DNA of 32,000 nucleotides from an uncultured bacterium (GTDB taxonomy: Bacteria; Auribacterota; JACPWU01). A model generated the notes under the pieces. That model was given only the letters and a program-made list of their open reading frames with translations, was not told where the DNA came from and did not search any database. Where the stretch lies: contig CAZXEQ010000002.1 in the NCBI GenBank assembly GCA_964640155.1, positions 180,001 to 212,000 on the forward strand, read 5' to 3'. Position numbers and translations under genes: made by a program. Shown piece after piece: positions 1 through 7,574 of the stretch (position 1 is the first letter of the stretch; each line of letters opens with the position of its first letter).

Positions 1-2
1 GC

Positions 3-458
3 TTTGTTTGTGGAGAGCAAAACCCTCATGGCTTAAAACTCAAAGCACATGTTCAGAATCATCAGGTCATTCTAGAACATACCTGCCAAACCTCAAACAC
101 GGGTTATCGAAATATCATGCATGGGGGAATTGGCATAACCCTTCTGGATGAAGTCATGACCTGGGCTGCGATTCTTGAATCTGGGAAAATTTGTGTTGCT
201 GCTGAACTAACAGGCCGATTTCTAAAACCTGTTCTTACAGGAGCAAAACTTCAAATTAAAGGCTGGGTTACTCAAAAACGCTCAAAACTTATTTTAACCG
301 AAGCAATAATTCAGGATGAAAATGAAGAGATTTATATGAAAGGATTTGGAAAATTTCTACCCATGAATGATTTGCAAGCAAAACAAATTGAACAAGATTT
401 CGTTTTTTCAAAAGACACGATTCAACCCGCAGAAATATCTCAAAAAAGAGAGAAATAA
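3..458 (+). CDS. PaaI/4HBT-type hotdog-fold thioesterase (5' end cut by window edge)
   Basis: The frame is open from base 3 and reads FVCGEQNPHGLKLKAH... upstream of the tracked Met at 117. The CxxCGxxNPxGL motif and the GY..I.HGG....LDE core are typical of PaaI-family thioesterases. Confidence 0.7.
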   Translation, partial: FVCGEQNPHGLKLKAHVQNHQVILEHTCQTSNTGYRNIMHGGIGITLLDEVMTWAAILESGKICVAAELTGRFLKPVLTGAKLQIKGWVTQKRSKLILTEAIIQDENEEIYMKGFGKFLPMNDLQAKQIEQDFVFSKDTIQPAEISQKREK

Positions 459-467
459 TTCTCAAAG

Positions 468-1172
468 TTACCGAAAATCCTTCATGGTCAAAATGACTTT
501 TCCAACAATTTCCTGTTCATTTTGAGGGACAGATGAAAGAAGAGATGGAAAAGAAGTTTGATCTTTATCTGCAGAGAATAGAATGATTTGTTCCCCTTCT
601 TGGCAAAAGATTCTAAATACCAATGACTCCTGCCCCTTTTTCCCCTTGATGGCGGCAATATCCCCATTTTTTAAAGGAGCATCATAGGCCACAATCACAA
701 TGTCATTTTTTTGAATCCCACGATTAAAAAGATCATCACTGCTTACCTTCCAAGCAAAACACTCCCACTCACCTAACCATGAAGTATCCACATAGAGGGC
801 AGGCTTTCCATTCACTCCAGAACCCAAAGTTCCTTTTTGTGGAAGCGTCTGAACCAGAGGAACAATTTTTACTCCCTGCTGAGGTTTATACTCCGTACGT
901 GTTTCTCGTACTTTGTTTAATTTCAAGTAAGGAGCAATATCCTCATCCACTCGATCCAAGGCTGCTAATTCAATTAACTTTCTTGCCTCAGATTCATTTA
1001 GATTCAGAAGTCGTATAATTTTTTCACAAATATCCATTTTAAAGGGAGGACTGATTCCAGCTTCTACAAGGTTAATGTAGGTATGCGAGAATCCCAAACT
1101 TTTTGAAAAAAGAGATTTTCGAAATCCATGTGATTCCCTGAGTTGAGTAAGATAAGTTCCAAACTGTGTCAC
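468..1172 (-). CDS. XRE-type HTH regulator fused to a LexA/S24-peptidase-like C-terminal domain
   Basis: The N-terminus (LTQLRESHGFRKSLFSKSLGFSHTYINLVEAG) looks like an XRE HTH. The C-terminus (VSSDDLFNRGIQKNDIVIV...NGDIAAI...LVFRIF...IVGKVI) aligns by eye to the LexA/CI cleavage domain, but the Ser/Lys dyad positions appear substituted. Confidence 0.6.
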   Translation of the reverse strand: MTQFGTYLTQLRESHGFRKSLFSKSLGFSHTYINLVEAGISPPFKMDICEKIIRLLNLNESEARKLIELAALDRVDEDIAPYLKLNKVRETRTEYKPQQGVKIVPLVQTLPQKGTLGSGVNGKPALYVDTSWLGEWECFAWKVSSDDLFNRGIQKNDIVIVAYDAPLKNGDIAAIKGKKGQESLVFRIFCQEGEQIILFSADKDQTSFPSLLSSVPQNEQEIVGKVILTMKDFR

Positions 1173-1499
1173 ATGTCCTCCCGAGGATATTTCAAAGCAT
1201 TATAGAAGATTTATTCATACCTTTGAACAAAAAAAGAAAGTATTTACTTTAGATTAAATTTTATGAATTAAACTCTTTACTTTTATAATGAAATTAATTA
1301 TTTTAGTTTATATTTATAACATAGATTGACCGATGTCTAGATAAGAGAACTAAGGAGAACCAAGAAGCTCCAAAAAAATCATTCTATAACCTACTTCTCC
1401 CCGAGGCCGAGGCTGTGACACTTGAAGAAATCTTCCGAGGATCACTCGAGTAAGTCATGGCCAAGGCCTCCCCCATTTTTACTGTCATGAGGTTCAAAC

Positions 1500-2882
1500 T
1501 TAATCGATGGTATTGCCTTCGCTGCGCTCAAGTGTCACAACACATTCAACATGATAAGTATGAGGGAAAAGATCCAAGGGTTGAATTTCTTTAGTCTGAT
1601 AGCCTAAAGAAGAAAATATTTTTAAATCTCTTGCCAAAGTTTTAATTTCACAAGAAACATAAATAATTTTTGATGGATGAAGGTCTACAATGCCTTGAAT
1701 AACTTCCTTCGTACAACCTTGTCGGGGAGGATCTAGTACAATCAATTTAGGGTGAACACTCTTTTCTTTTAAAGCATTTAAACCTTCATGCGCCTGCGCA
1801 CAAATCCATTCCACATTTTTAATCTCATTCAAATCTGCATTTTCTTTTGCATTTTCAATAGAATTTACAACATTCTCAATGCCATAGACCTTCTTTGCCT
1901 TTGATGCTAAAAATAAACCAATAAGTCCAACCCCACAATAAAGATCCACCACCTCATCTTCTTCACAAATACCACTCTGTGCTAAAACAGTTCCACAAAT
2001 CTTAAGGGCTTGGTCGGTATTAATCTGGAAAAAGCTTGTTGGAGAAATCTTAAACCTTAAATGACCAATCTTTTCTTCAATAAAAAGTTGTCCTCCCAAC
2101 ACATGATTTTCAGATCCTAAAACAGCATTTGTTTTTTCAGAATTTACATTTTGAATCACAGAAATAAGTTCTGGAATTTCTCGCATCAAAATACGGGCAA
2201 ACTCTTTCCCCTCTGAAAAATCCTTTTGACGGGTCACCAAAACAAGCATGAGTTGATTTGTATTAAATCCCATTCTTACAAGAATATGTCTTAAAAATCC
2301 TTCATGACGTTTTTCGTCGTAAGGCATTAATTCAAATTCAGAAAGCAAACTCATGACGCATTGAATAACATGATTGACTTGATCAGGCTGTATCCTGCAT
2401 TCCTCAATGGAAAGAACGCGATGTGTCCCTGGCAAGTAAAAACCCGTGATAGGTTCTCCTTTGCTTATTACGACAGGTTGCAAAGCTTTGTTTCGATAAT
2501 AATAGACATGGGGAGAAGGAAGAACATCCTTAATGCAAATACTATGAGAGCCCAATTCTTGATTCAAAACATCTTTAACCATCTTTCTCTTGATCAATAA
2601 CTGCTGTGTATAATCGATATGCTGCCATTGGCATCCTCCACAAGTATCGAAATAGGAACAGGGTGCTTTTACTCTTGCCTTTGCGGCCGTCAAAACCCGA
2701 AGAAGTTTTGCCCTGGCAAAATTTGTTTTTATTTCTGTAATCTGAACCTCAACATGCTCACCAGGAATAGCAAGAGGAAGATAAACTTTTACACCTAAAA
2801 TTTCACCAAACGTCTCTCCGTAATCTGCAAAACCTTCTACAGACATTCTATACCGATCACCTAATCTTAAAACTGATTTCAT
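1500..2882 (-). CDS. rlmD: 23S rRNA (uracil-C5)-methyltransferase, RlmD/RumA family
   Basis: TRAM-like N-terminus, Fe-S Cys cluster CSYFDTCGGCQWQH, SAM motif DLYCGVG, and DPPRQG plus YVSC near the C-terminus. Confidence 0.85.
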   Translation of the reverse strand: MKSVLRLGDRYRMSVEGFADYGETFGEILGVKVYLPLAIPGEHVEVQITEIKTNFARAKLLRVLTAAKARVKAPCSYFDTCGGCQWQHIDYTQQLLIKRKMVKDVLNQELGSHSICIKDVLPSPHVYYYRNKALQPVVISKGEPITGFYLPGTHRVLSIEECRIQPDQVNHVIQCVMSLLSEFELMPYDEKRHEGFLRHILVRMGFNTNQLMLVLVTRQKDFSEGKEFARILMREIPELISVIQNVNSEKTNAVLGSENHVLGGQLFIEEKIGHLRFKISPTSFFQINTDQALKICGTVLAQSGICEEDEVVDLYCGVGLIGLFLASKAKKVYGIENVVNSIENAKENADLNEIKNVEWICAQAHEGLNALKEKSVHPKLIVLDPPRQGCTKEVIQGIVDLHPSKIIYVSCEIKTLARDLKIFSSLGYQTKEIQPLDLFPHTYHVECVVTLERSEGNTID

Positions 2883-2975
2883 AAAAATCCTTAATTGTCT
2901 AAATGAAAACCTACATTATCATTTCTAGGAAGGGAATCCTACTGCGACATGATTTCTAGAATAGATTGGAGCTTA

Positions 2976-4166
2976 TTACAAAAGAACTTCTTGAACTTTT
3001 GGAGTTTGAGCTTGAACAGGCAAGGATACAATAAAAGTGGTGCCTTTACCTACACGACTTTCAACAGAAATATCTCCTCCATGGTATTTTGCAATAAAAT
3101 CACAAATCACAAGACCTAGTCCTGTCCCCCATTGTTTGGTTGTAAAAAAAGGTTGGAAAATTTTATCTAATTTTTCTTCCGAAATTCCTTGTCCTGTATC
3201 AATGACAGCAATTTCAAGCTGACGATTCATCCCTCTACCCTTTGTTCCTTGAAATTGAACAGTTACTTTCCCACCTTTTTTTGTAGCTTGAACCGCATTA
3301 ATGACAAGATTCAAAAGTAATTGTTTGATACGGCTTCGATCACAATGGATCAAAGGAATTTTCTTTTCATCCATATCCATGACAAATTCAACCCCTTTGG
3401 TCTTAGCTGCACTTTCAAAAATTCCAGACTCGGCCTGAAGTAATTCTGCCAGATTGGTCTCCTCAAAATCATATTTGGGTGGCTTTGCCAAATTCAAAAG
3501 CTCCTTTACTAAATCTTGCACCCGTTTTAATTCACCTTCCGCAACTTGAAAAAAGTCATTCCAAAAAGACATATCCAAATCTTCTTTATTTTTTGCAGAA
3601 AGATCTTTTATTTTTTGAGGAATCAATTTAAAAAAGGTACTGATTGAAACCAGAGGATTATTAATTTCATGAGCAATTCCAGCAGCCAACATCCCCAAAG
3701 AGCCTAATCGATGAGCTTCTGCGGCCTTTTTGACAGTCGCAATCTTTTCTTCGGTGAGACGTTCTTTTTCCTTTGCAAGATAATAACTCTCAATGGCTCT
3801 CATGAGAGAAACCTTTACATCCTCATGTTCCCAAGGCTTAGACACATATTTATAGACTTGTCCTGTATTAATGGCTTCCACAATTGCATCCGTATCTGAA
3901 TAAGCCGTGATCAAAAATCGAATGGTGTCAGGATAGTATTTCACAATTTCTCTCAAGAGAGTTACACCTCTCATCTCTGGCATACGCTGATCCACAATGA
4001 CAACCGCGACTTCACCACTACCTTCCAAAAACTTCAGGGCTTCTCTGCCTCCAGAAGCTACTGAAATATCAAAATACTCTCCAAATTCTATTTTAAATGC
4101 CTCTAAATTTTCTTTTTCATCATCTACAATCAAAATTTTAAAATTTTTATAATCGAGAATTTCCAT
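2976..4166 (-). CDS. Hybrid receiver (REC)-histidine kinase, no transmembrane or obvious sensor domain
   Basis: REC motifs ILIVDDE, VDQRMPEM, SKPW. Kinase motifs: H-box AHEINNPL, N-box LNLVINAVQA, G1 DTGQGI, G2 GTGLGL. I prefer the ATG at 4166 (MEILDYK...) with GGAGG 10 nt upstream over the tracked start at 4244. Confidence 0.85.
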   Translation of the reverse strand: MEILDYKNFKILIVDDEKENLEAFKIEFGEYFDISVASGGREALKFLEGSGEVAVVIVDQRMPEMRGVTLLREIVKYYPDTIRFLITAYSDTDAIVEAINTGQVYKYVSKPWEHEDVKVSLMRAIESYYLAKEKERLTEEKIATVKKAAEAHRLGSLGMLAAGIAHEINNPLVSISTFFKLIPQKIKDLSAKNKEDLDMSFWNDFFQVAEGELKRVQDLVKELLNLAKPPKYDFEETNLAELLQAESGIFESAAKTKGVEFVMDMDEKKIPLIHCDRSRIKQLLLNLVINAVQATKKGGKVTVQFQGTKGRGMNRQLEIAVIDTGQGISEEKLDKIFQPFFTTKQWGTGLGLVICDFIAKYHGGDISVESRVGKGTTFIVSLPVQAQTPKVQEVLL

Positions 4167-4369
4167 TAGAAGGGAACCTCCATGATATCTATAGCAGATA
4201 GTTCGGAATGAACAGAAAAAGAGAGTTCTTTCTCTGTGTTGCATACTTTAACAGATTTTATAATCCCTTTCGGGACAGTCCCCGCTAGGGGGCAAGCATT
4301 TGAATCCTCACAAAGCCACATCACTGGTTTCCTTTCCGAGTATGAAACCCCGTCATGATGCTTTCCCAA
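4166..4369 (-). CDS. Possible small protein (67 aa, TTG start) filling the gap between the MerR-like gene and the REC-HK gene
   Basis: The ORF exactly fills the intergenic space. It begins 2 nt after the MerR-like stop, and its TAA overlaps the REC-HK ATG (TAATG). No recognisable domain and a non-ATG start, so it could simply be 5' leader. Confidence 0.3.
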   Translation of the reverse strand: MGKHHDGVSYSERKPVMWLCEDSNACPLAGTVPKGIIKSVKVCNTEKELSFSVHSELSAIDIMEVPF

Positions 4370-4371
4370 AT

Positions 4372-4602
4372 TTAAGAAATGAGAGCTCGAATCTGTGCGA
4401 GCGATTTCCCTTCTTTTTTGAAACGCTCTATCTTTGAAACGCGTTTCTCTACTTCATTCAAATCATAGAGGGTCATACCACCTTCGGTGGTATCGGCTAT
4501 TTTCAAAAGCCCTTCTTGGGTATAGAACTTCAGCTTTGAAATGGGAATTCCAATATTTCTTGCTATATCTGAGCGCCTCATGCGCAAGGAGTTACGTTTC
4601 AT
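4372..4602 (-). CDS. Short MerR-family HTH DNA-binding protein (76 aa, no effector domain)
   Basis: The pattern RRSDIARNIGIPISKLKFYTQEGLL....T.GG..LYD matches the MerR N-terminal HTH, followed by a short coiled segment. Confidence 0.6.
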   Translation of the reverse strand: MKRNSLRMRRSDIARNIGIPISKLKFYTQEGLLKIADTTEGGMTLYDLNEVEKRVSKIERFKKEGKSLAQIRALIS

Positions 4603-4622
4603 CTGTCTCTCAAAATGGAGGT

Positions 4623-4651
4623 CTTACAACTTTCGATAGTCGAAAGTACAA
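4623..4651 (-). promoter_or_regulatory. Candidate promoter with a 19-nt perfect palindrome in the spacer (possible MerR-type operator)
   Basis: The minus strand reads TTGTAC-N17-TGTAAG. The N17 spacer lies entirely within the palindrome ACTTTCGA-nnn-TCGAAAGT (4629-4647), which sits about 25-45 nt upstream of the MerR-like ATG at 4602. Confidence 0.35.
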
Positions 4652-4693
4652 TAGAGGGATTCTACTATAGGACATTAAAGAATACAAGCCGTT

Positions 4694-6667
4694 TTAAACC
4701 CGTATGGGAAGAATGACAAATGGCAGTCCTCTGCGATAAAAGCGTCTTTGAATGGCGAATACCGTGTAATTATGAAGCCAACGTGTCATAAATGATTCTT
4801 TTGGGAAAACAAGTTGGCCTCCAAAAAAAACAACATTGGGAAACCGTTCTAGAATAGAAGGAATAATTTTCTCTGCTTCCCCAATGATATCAATTCCAAG
4901 AGAATAAAGCCCTTCTGCATAAAAACCTTGGCTATTCATATAAGCTACATACTGCTGAAGACCATTCTCTGTTTCAGTTTTTAAATTTTCAATCTCTTCA
5001 GATCCCTTGAAATTACCTGCATCAATAACACCGATTTGAACAAAAATAAAATTTTTAAACTCTTTCCCAAAATGACGCAAAACCCCGAACAAAGTGTGAA
5101 GACCAATACCATTATAGCCATTTACAAGTAATACCGCCGTTTTTGCATCTGGATCTAAAGAAGGATTTTCAGATGGTAGTTCTGTAGGAGAAGCTGCTAC
5201 TGCGCGAACCAAATCATTCAGTCGACGAAGTAATTTAAAAGTCGCCAAATAATGTCGTTTGATTAAGATGGACACAATCATTAAACAACTGGTGATAAGA
5301 ATCGTAATCCATCCTCCCTCGTGAAATTTCAAAATGATCACAGAAATAAGAATGAAGGTGGTTAAAACAAAGCCTGTTCCATTTAAAAGAAATTTTCTAA
5401 ACCAGGTCGACATTTTTTTACGCACTAACCACCAATGTCGTACCATTCCCAATTGAGAAAAGCAAAAAGTAATAAAAACATTGATCGAATAAAGAACCAC
5501 CAAAAATTTGACGGACCCTGCTGTTAAAAGCATGGTAATCAAAGCAGCACCACCCATGAGTAAAATTCCATTTCGAGTTACAAGACGATCGCTCAGCAGA
5601 GAAAATCTTGCAGGGAACCACCGGTCTAAAGACATACTGGCCAGAACTCTTGGACCATCCAGGAAACCCGCTTGAGCTGCAATAAAAAGTAAACATGCCT
5701 CGGAAAGCAATGTCACCCACGCAAACAAATGGCCAGAATATCCCCAATTTTCAGTCAATGTGGTAAAAAGGACGGCATTCAATGTCTTTCCGGACTGAGG
5801 CCTCAAATCTAATAAGAGATAGGCTAAGATAAGACCTAACACCATCAAAGCAAGAGAAATAGCCATGTATCTCATGGTCTTTCTTGCTGTAATCACTTTG
5901 GGTTCTCTTAAAATGGAAAGTCCATTACTGACGGCTTCTATTCCCGTAAAGGTACCGGCTCCCATGCTATAAGCTCTCAAAATTAAAAAGATCATACCCC
6001 AGAAGCCCATTTGTGATTGTGTTTGCTGAACATCTGTCCAGACGTGTTGTGCAACTTCAGGTAACTGTTGAATATGAGAAACAATGATATAAAGAATGCT
6101 GACCACATGCGTAACAATAAAGACTAAAAACACCGGAACCAAGGGGATGACAGACTCTTTAATACCTCTAATATTTAGCAAAAGCAGAATCAGAACCCCA
6201 AAAGCAGCAAATACCAATTTATAGGAATGCCAGGAAGGAGGTAAAAAACTGAAAATGGCATCTGCACCCGCAGCCACTGAAATGGTAATCGTTAAAACGT
6301 AGTCAATAAGAAGTGCACAACCCGAAACCAGACCAGCATTTTTAGACAATAGTTTACTTGCAACAAGATAGCCTCCGCCTCCTGTTGGAAAAAGTTCGAT
6401 GATTTGAGAATAACTCGCACTGATTAAAAAAACAGTCAACGCAGAAGCTAAAGCTACAAAAATACTTAAGGAAGTATGTGATCCTAATGCCAAGAAAGCT
6501 TCTTCTGGACCATAACAAGACGAAGAAAGACCATCCGCTCCAAGCCCCACCCAAGCAAAAAATGCAATCAGGGCAAGATGATGAAAAACCCCTCGATCCA
6601 GAGGATCACGAGCCTTTCCAATCACCAAATTTTTAACTCTATTCGCAAGCGATTTTTTTTCGGTCAC
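4694..6667 (-). CDS. APC-superfamily permease with a roughly 190-aa cytoplasmic C-terminal extension
   Basis: About 12 hydrophobic segments. The N-terminal GLGADGLSSSCYGPEEAF-type motif is typical of APC/amino-acid permease-like transporters. The C-terminal soluble domain is unassigned. Confidence 0.7.
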   Translation of the reverse strand: MTEKKSLANRVKNLVIGKARDPLDRGVFHHLALIAFFAWVGLGADGLSSSCYGPEEAFLALGSHTSLSIFVALASALTVFLISASYSQIIELFPTGGGGYLVASKLLSKNAGLVSGCALLIDYVLTITISVAAGADAIFSFLPPSWHSYKLVFAAFGVLILLLLNIRGIKESVIPLVPVFLVFIVTHVVSILYIIVSHIQQLPEVAQHVWTDVQQTQSQMGFWGMIFLILRAYSMGAGTFTGIEAVSNGLSILREPKVITARKTMRYMAISLALMVLGLILAYLLLDLRPQSGKTLNAVLFTTLTENWGYSGHLFAWVTLLSEACLLFIAAQAGFLDGPRVLASMSLDRWFPARFSLLSDRLVTRNGILLMGGAALITMLLTAGSVKFLVVLYSINVFITFCFSQLGMVRHWWLVRKKMSTWFRKFLLNGTGFVLTTFILISVIILKFHEGGWITILITSCLMIVSILIKRHYLATFKLLRRLNDLVRAVAASPTELPSENPSLDPDAKTAVLLVNGYNGIGLHTLFGVLRHFGKEFKNFIFVQIGVIDAGNFKGSEEIENLKTETENGLQQYVAYMNSQGFYAEGLYSLGIDIIGEAEKIIPSILERFPNVVFFGGQLVFPKESFMTRWLHNYTVFAIQRRFYRRGLPFVILPIRV

Positions 6668-7050
6668 TTAAGAAATCCTGTCATAAAAAAACCAAAGAGC
6701 ATATGTCTTTGGTTTCTAGCTCTTTTCTATAAGCTGACGAGGTTAGCTGTCGGGCTTGGGCTATTTTTCCCTTGTACCATCATCTACAGATCTTGTTAAG
6801 GAAGATGATGAAACTTTCGCCCCAGAATCACTAAGACTCAAAAACTGGGTTCCCCGTTCTTACCCAAAGAGTTATATCAAACTAGTTGGACAAGATTAAG
6901 CATGTCCCAAGCATTATATCAAAATCATTGCATTTGTATAGAAGAAGCCCAAAATCCGTCATCAAAACAAATTGTAAAAGAGCCTTTTTTTAGAGATAAT
7001 TGAGAAGTCATCCTAGAGCTTCATAAACCTTATGCTAAAGGAGATCTGCT

Positions 7051-7527
7051 ATGAGAAAGTATTCATATTTCATTATTTTTGTCTTCATGTTTACTGTTTC
7101 AGGAGAAATAAAAATTTATGCCAATCAAAATAATTCCTCTCAAAAATCTTCCAATGTAAATTACCCCGGAGAGGATTTTCATCCTGGAGAGAACTCAACA
7201 AGTACCCCAAATAGTGGCAAAAATTTAAACTCAAAAACGAAAACACAGGCATTCCCTGGAGAAGATTGGAAACCCAATACTCCTTCGGACAAAGCTCATC
7301 CTGACTTTGATTGGAAGCCCAAAACCAAAACTCCTCCTGAAAAAGCCCACCCAGATTTTGATTGGAAACCAAAAACTAAAAAGCCTAAAACAGCTACTGA
7401 TAAAAAACATCCTGATTTTGACTGGAAGCCAAAGACTAAAAAACCACAGACCGATCCTGAAAAAGCCCATCCTGACTTTGATTGGAAGCCAAATGGAGAA
7501 AAGAAAGTTTCTTCAGAATCGAATTAA
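7051..7527 (+). CDS. Secreted Lys/Pro-rich repeat protein, unknown function
   Basis: AAGGAG RBS upstream and a signal-peptide-like N-terminus (MRKYSYFIIFVFMFTVSGEIKIYA). Four (D/E)K(A/K)HPDFDWKP units follow two degenerate PGED(F/W)(H/K)P units. Confidence 0.75.
   Translation: MRKYSYFIIFVFMFTVSGEIKIYANQNNSSQKSSNVNYPGEDFHPGENSTSTPNSGKNLNSKTKTQAFPGEDWKPNTPSDKAHPDFDWKPKTKTPPEKAHPDFDWKPKTKKPKTATDKKHPDFDWKPKTKKPQTDPEKAHPDFDWKPNGEKKVSSESN
7288..7491 (+). repeat. In-frame tandem coding repeat, 4 units (periods 51, 60, 60 nt)
   Basis: Units start at 7288, 7339, 7399 and 7459, each encoding xK(A/K)HPDFDWKP(K/N). The HPDFDWKP cores differ only at synonymous third positions (CAT/CAC, CCT/CCA, GAC/GAT, GAT/GAC, AAG/AAA, CCC/CCA). 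Confidence 0.9.
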
Positions 7528-7541
7528 GATTGTCCTAAGGC

Positions 7542-7574
7542 TTAACTCCGAAACCAAACTGGTTTCAGAGTTAA
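7542..7574. terminator. Hairpin between convergent genes (repeat protein and thyX)
   Basis: TTAACTCCGAAACC / GGTTTCAGAGTTAA forms a 14-bp stem with one mismatch and a 5-nt loop. It overlaps the thyX stop codon. U-tracts are weak on both strands. Confidence 0.45.

Noticed and set aside
1395-1480. A moderately GC-rich patch downstream of rlmD sharing GTGACACTTG with element copy A and containing three CCGAGG words.
   Set aside because: A single shared 10-mer is within chance expectation for this window size. No extended alignment to the A/B element and no convincing hairpin.
4167-4244. N-terminal extension of the REC-HK ORF (tracked start 4244).
   Set aside because: The extension (MQHRERTLFFCSFRTICYRYHGGSLL) precedes the canonical receiver start. 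GGAGG is correctly spaced for the ATG at 4166.
5418-6554. Tracked ORFs 5418-5747(-) and 6354-6554(-) within the permease gene, and other short ORFs nested in or antisense to large CDSs (779-1018, 2361-2600, 3037-3222, 3711-3899, 9108-9458, 11726-12398, 15102-15296, 17215-17400, 19316-19573, 21136-21396, 21883-22134, 23564-23752, 24207-24443, 24708-25129, 25937-26235, 26658-26885, 27392-27870, 28025-28246, 28511-28774, 29384-29584, 30509-30709, 31137-31325).
   Set aside because: All overlap longer ORFs that have clear family motifs. Their compositions look like out-of-frame or antisense translation.
6887-6902. A second GG-N10-GC match (TGGACAAGATTAAGCA) upstream of the repeat-protein gene.
   Set aside because: The -12 region is AAGCA rather than TTGCA, the -24 is TGGAC, and it lies 150 nt from the ATG. 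This is not distinguishable from chance.
6902-7003. A 33-codon ORF (MSQALYQNHCICIEEAQ...) in the permease/repeat-protein intergenic region.
   Set aside because: No Shine-Dalgarno sequence and no recognisable features. It is probably non-coding.
7288-7491. Whether the tandem repeats, or the two GC-rich elements, could be a CRISPR array.
   Set aside because: The 51/60-nt repeats are in-frame coding units without unique spacers. The GC-rich element has only two copies, 2.5 kb apart and inverted. There are no cas genes.
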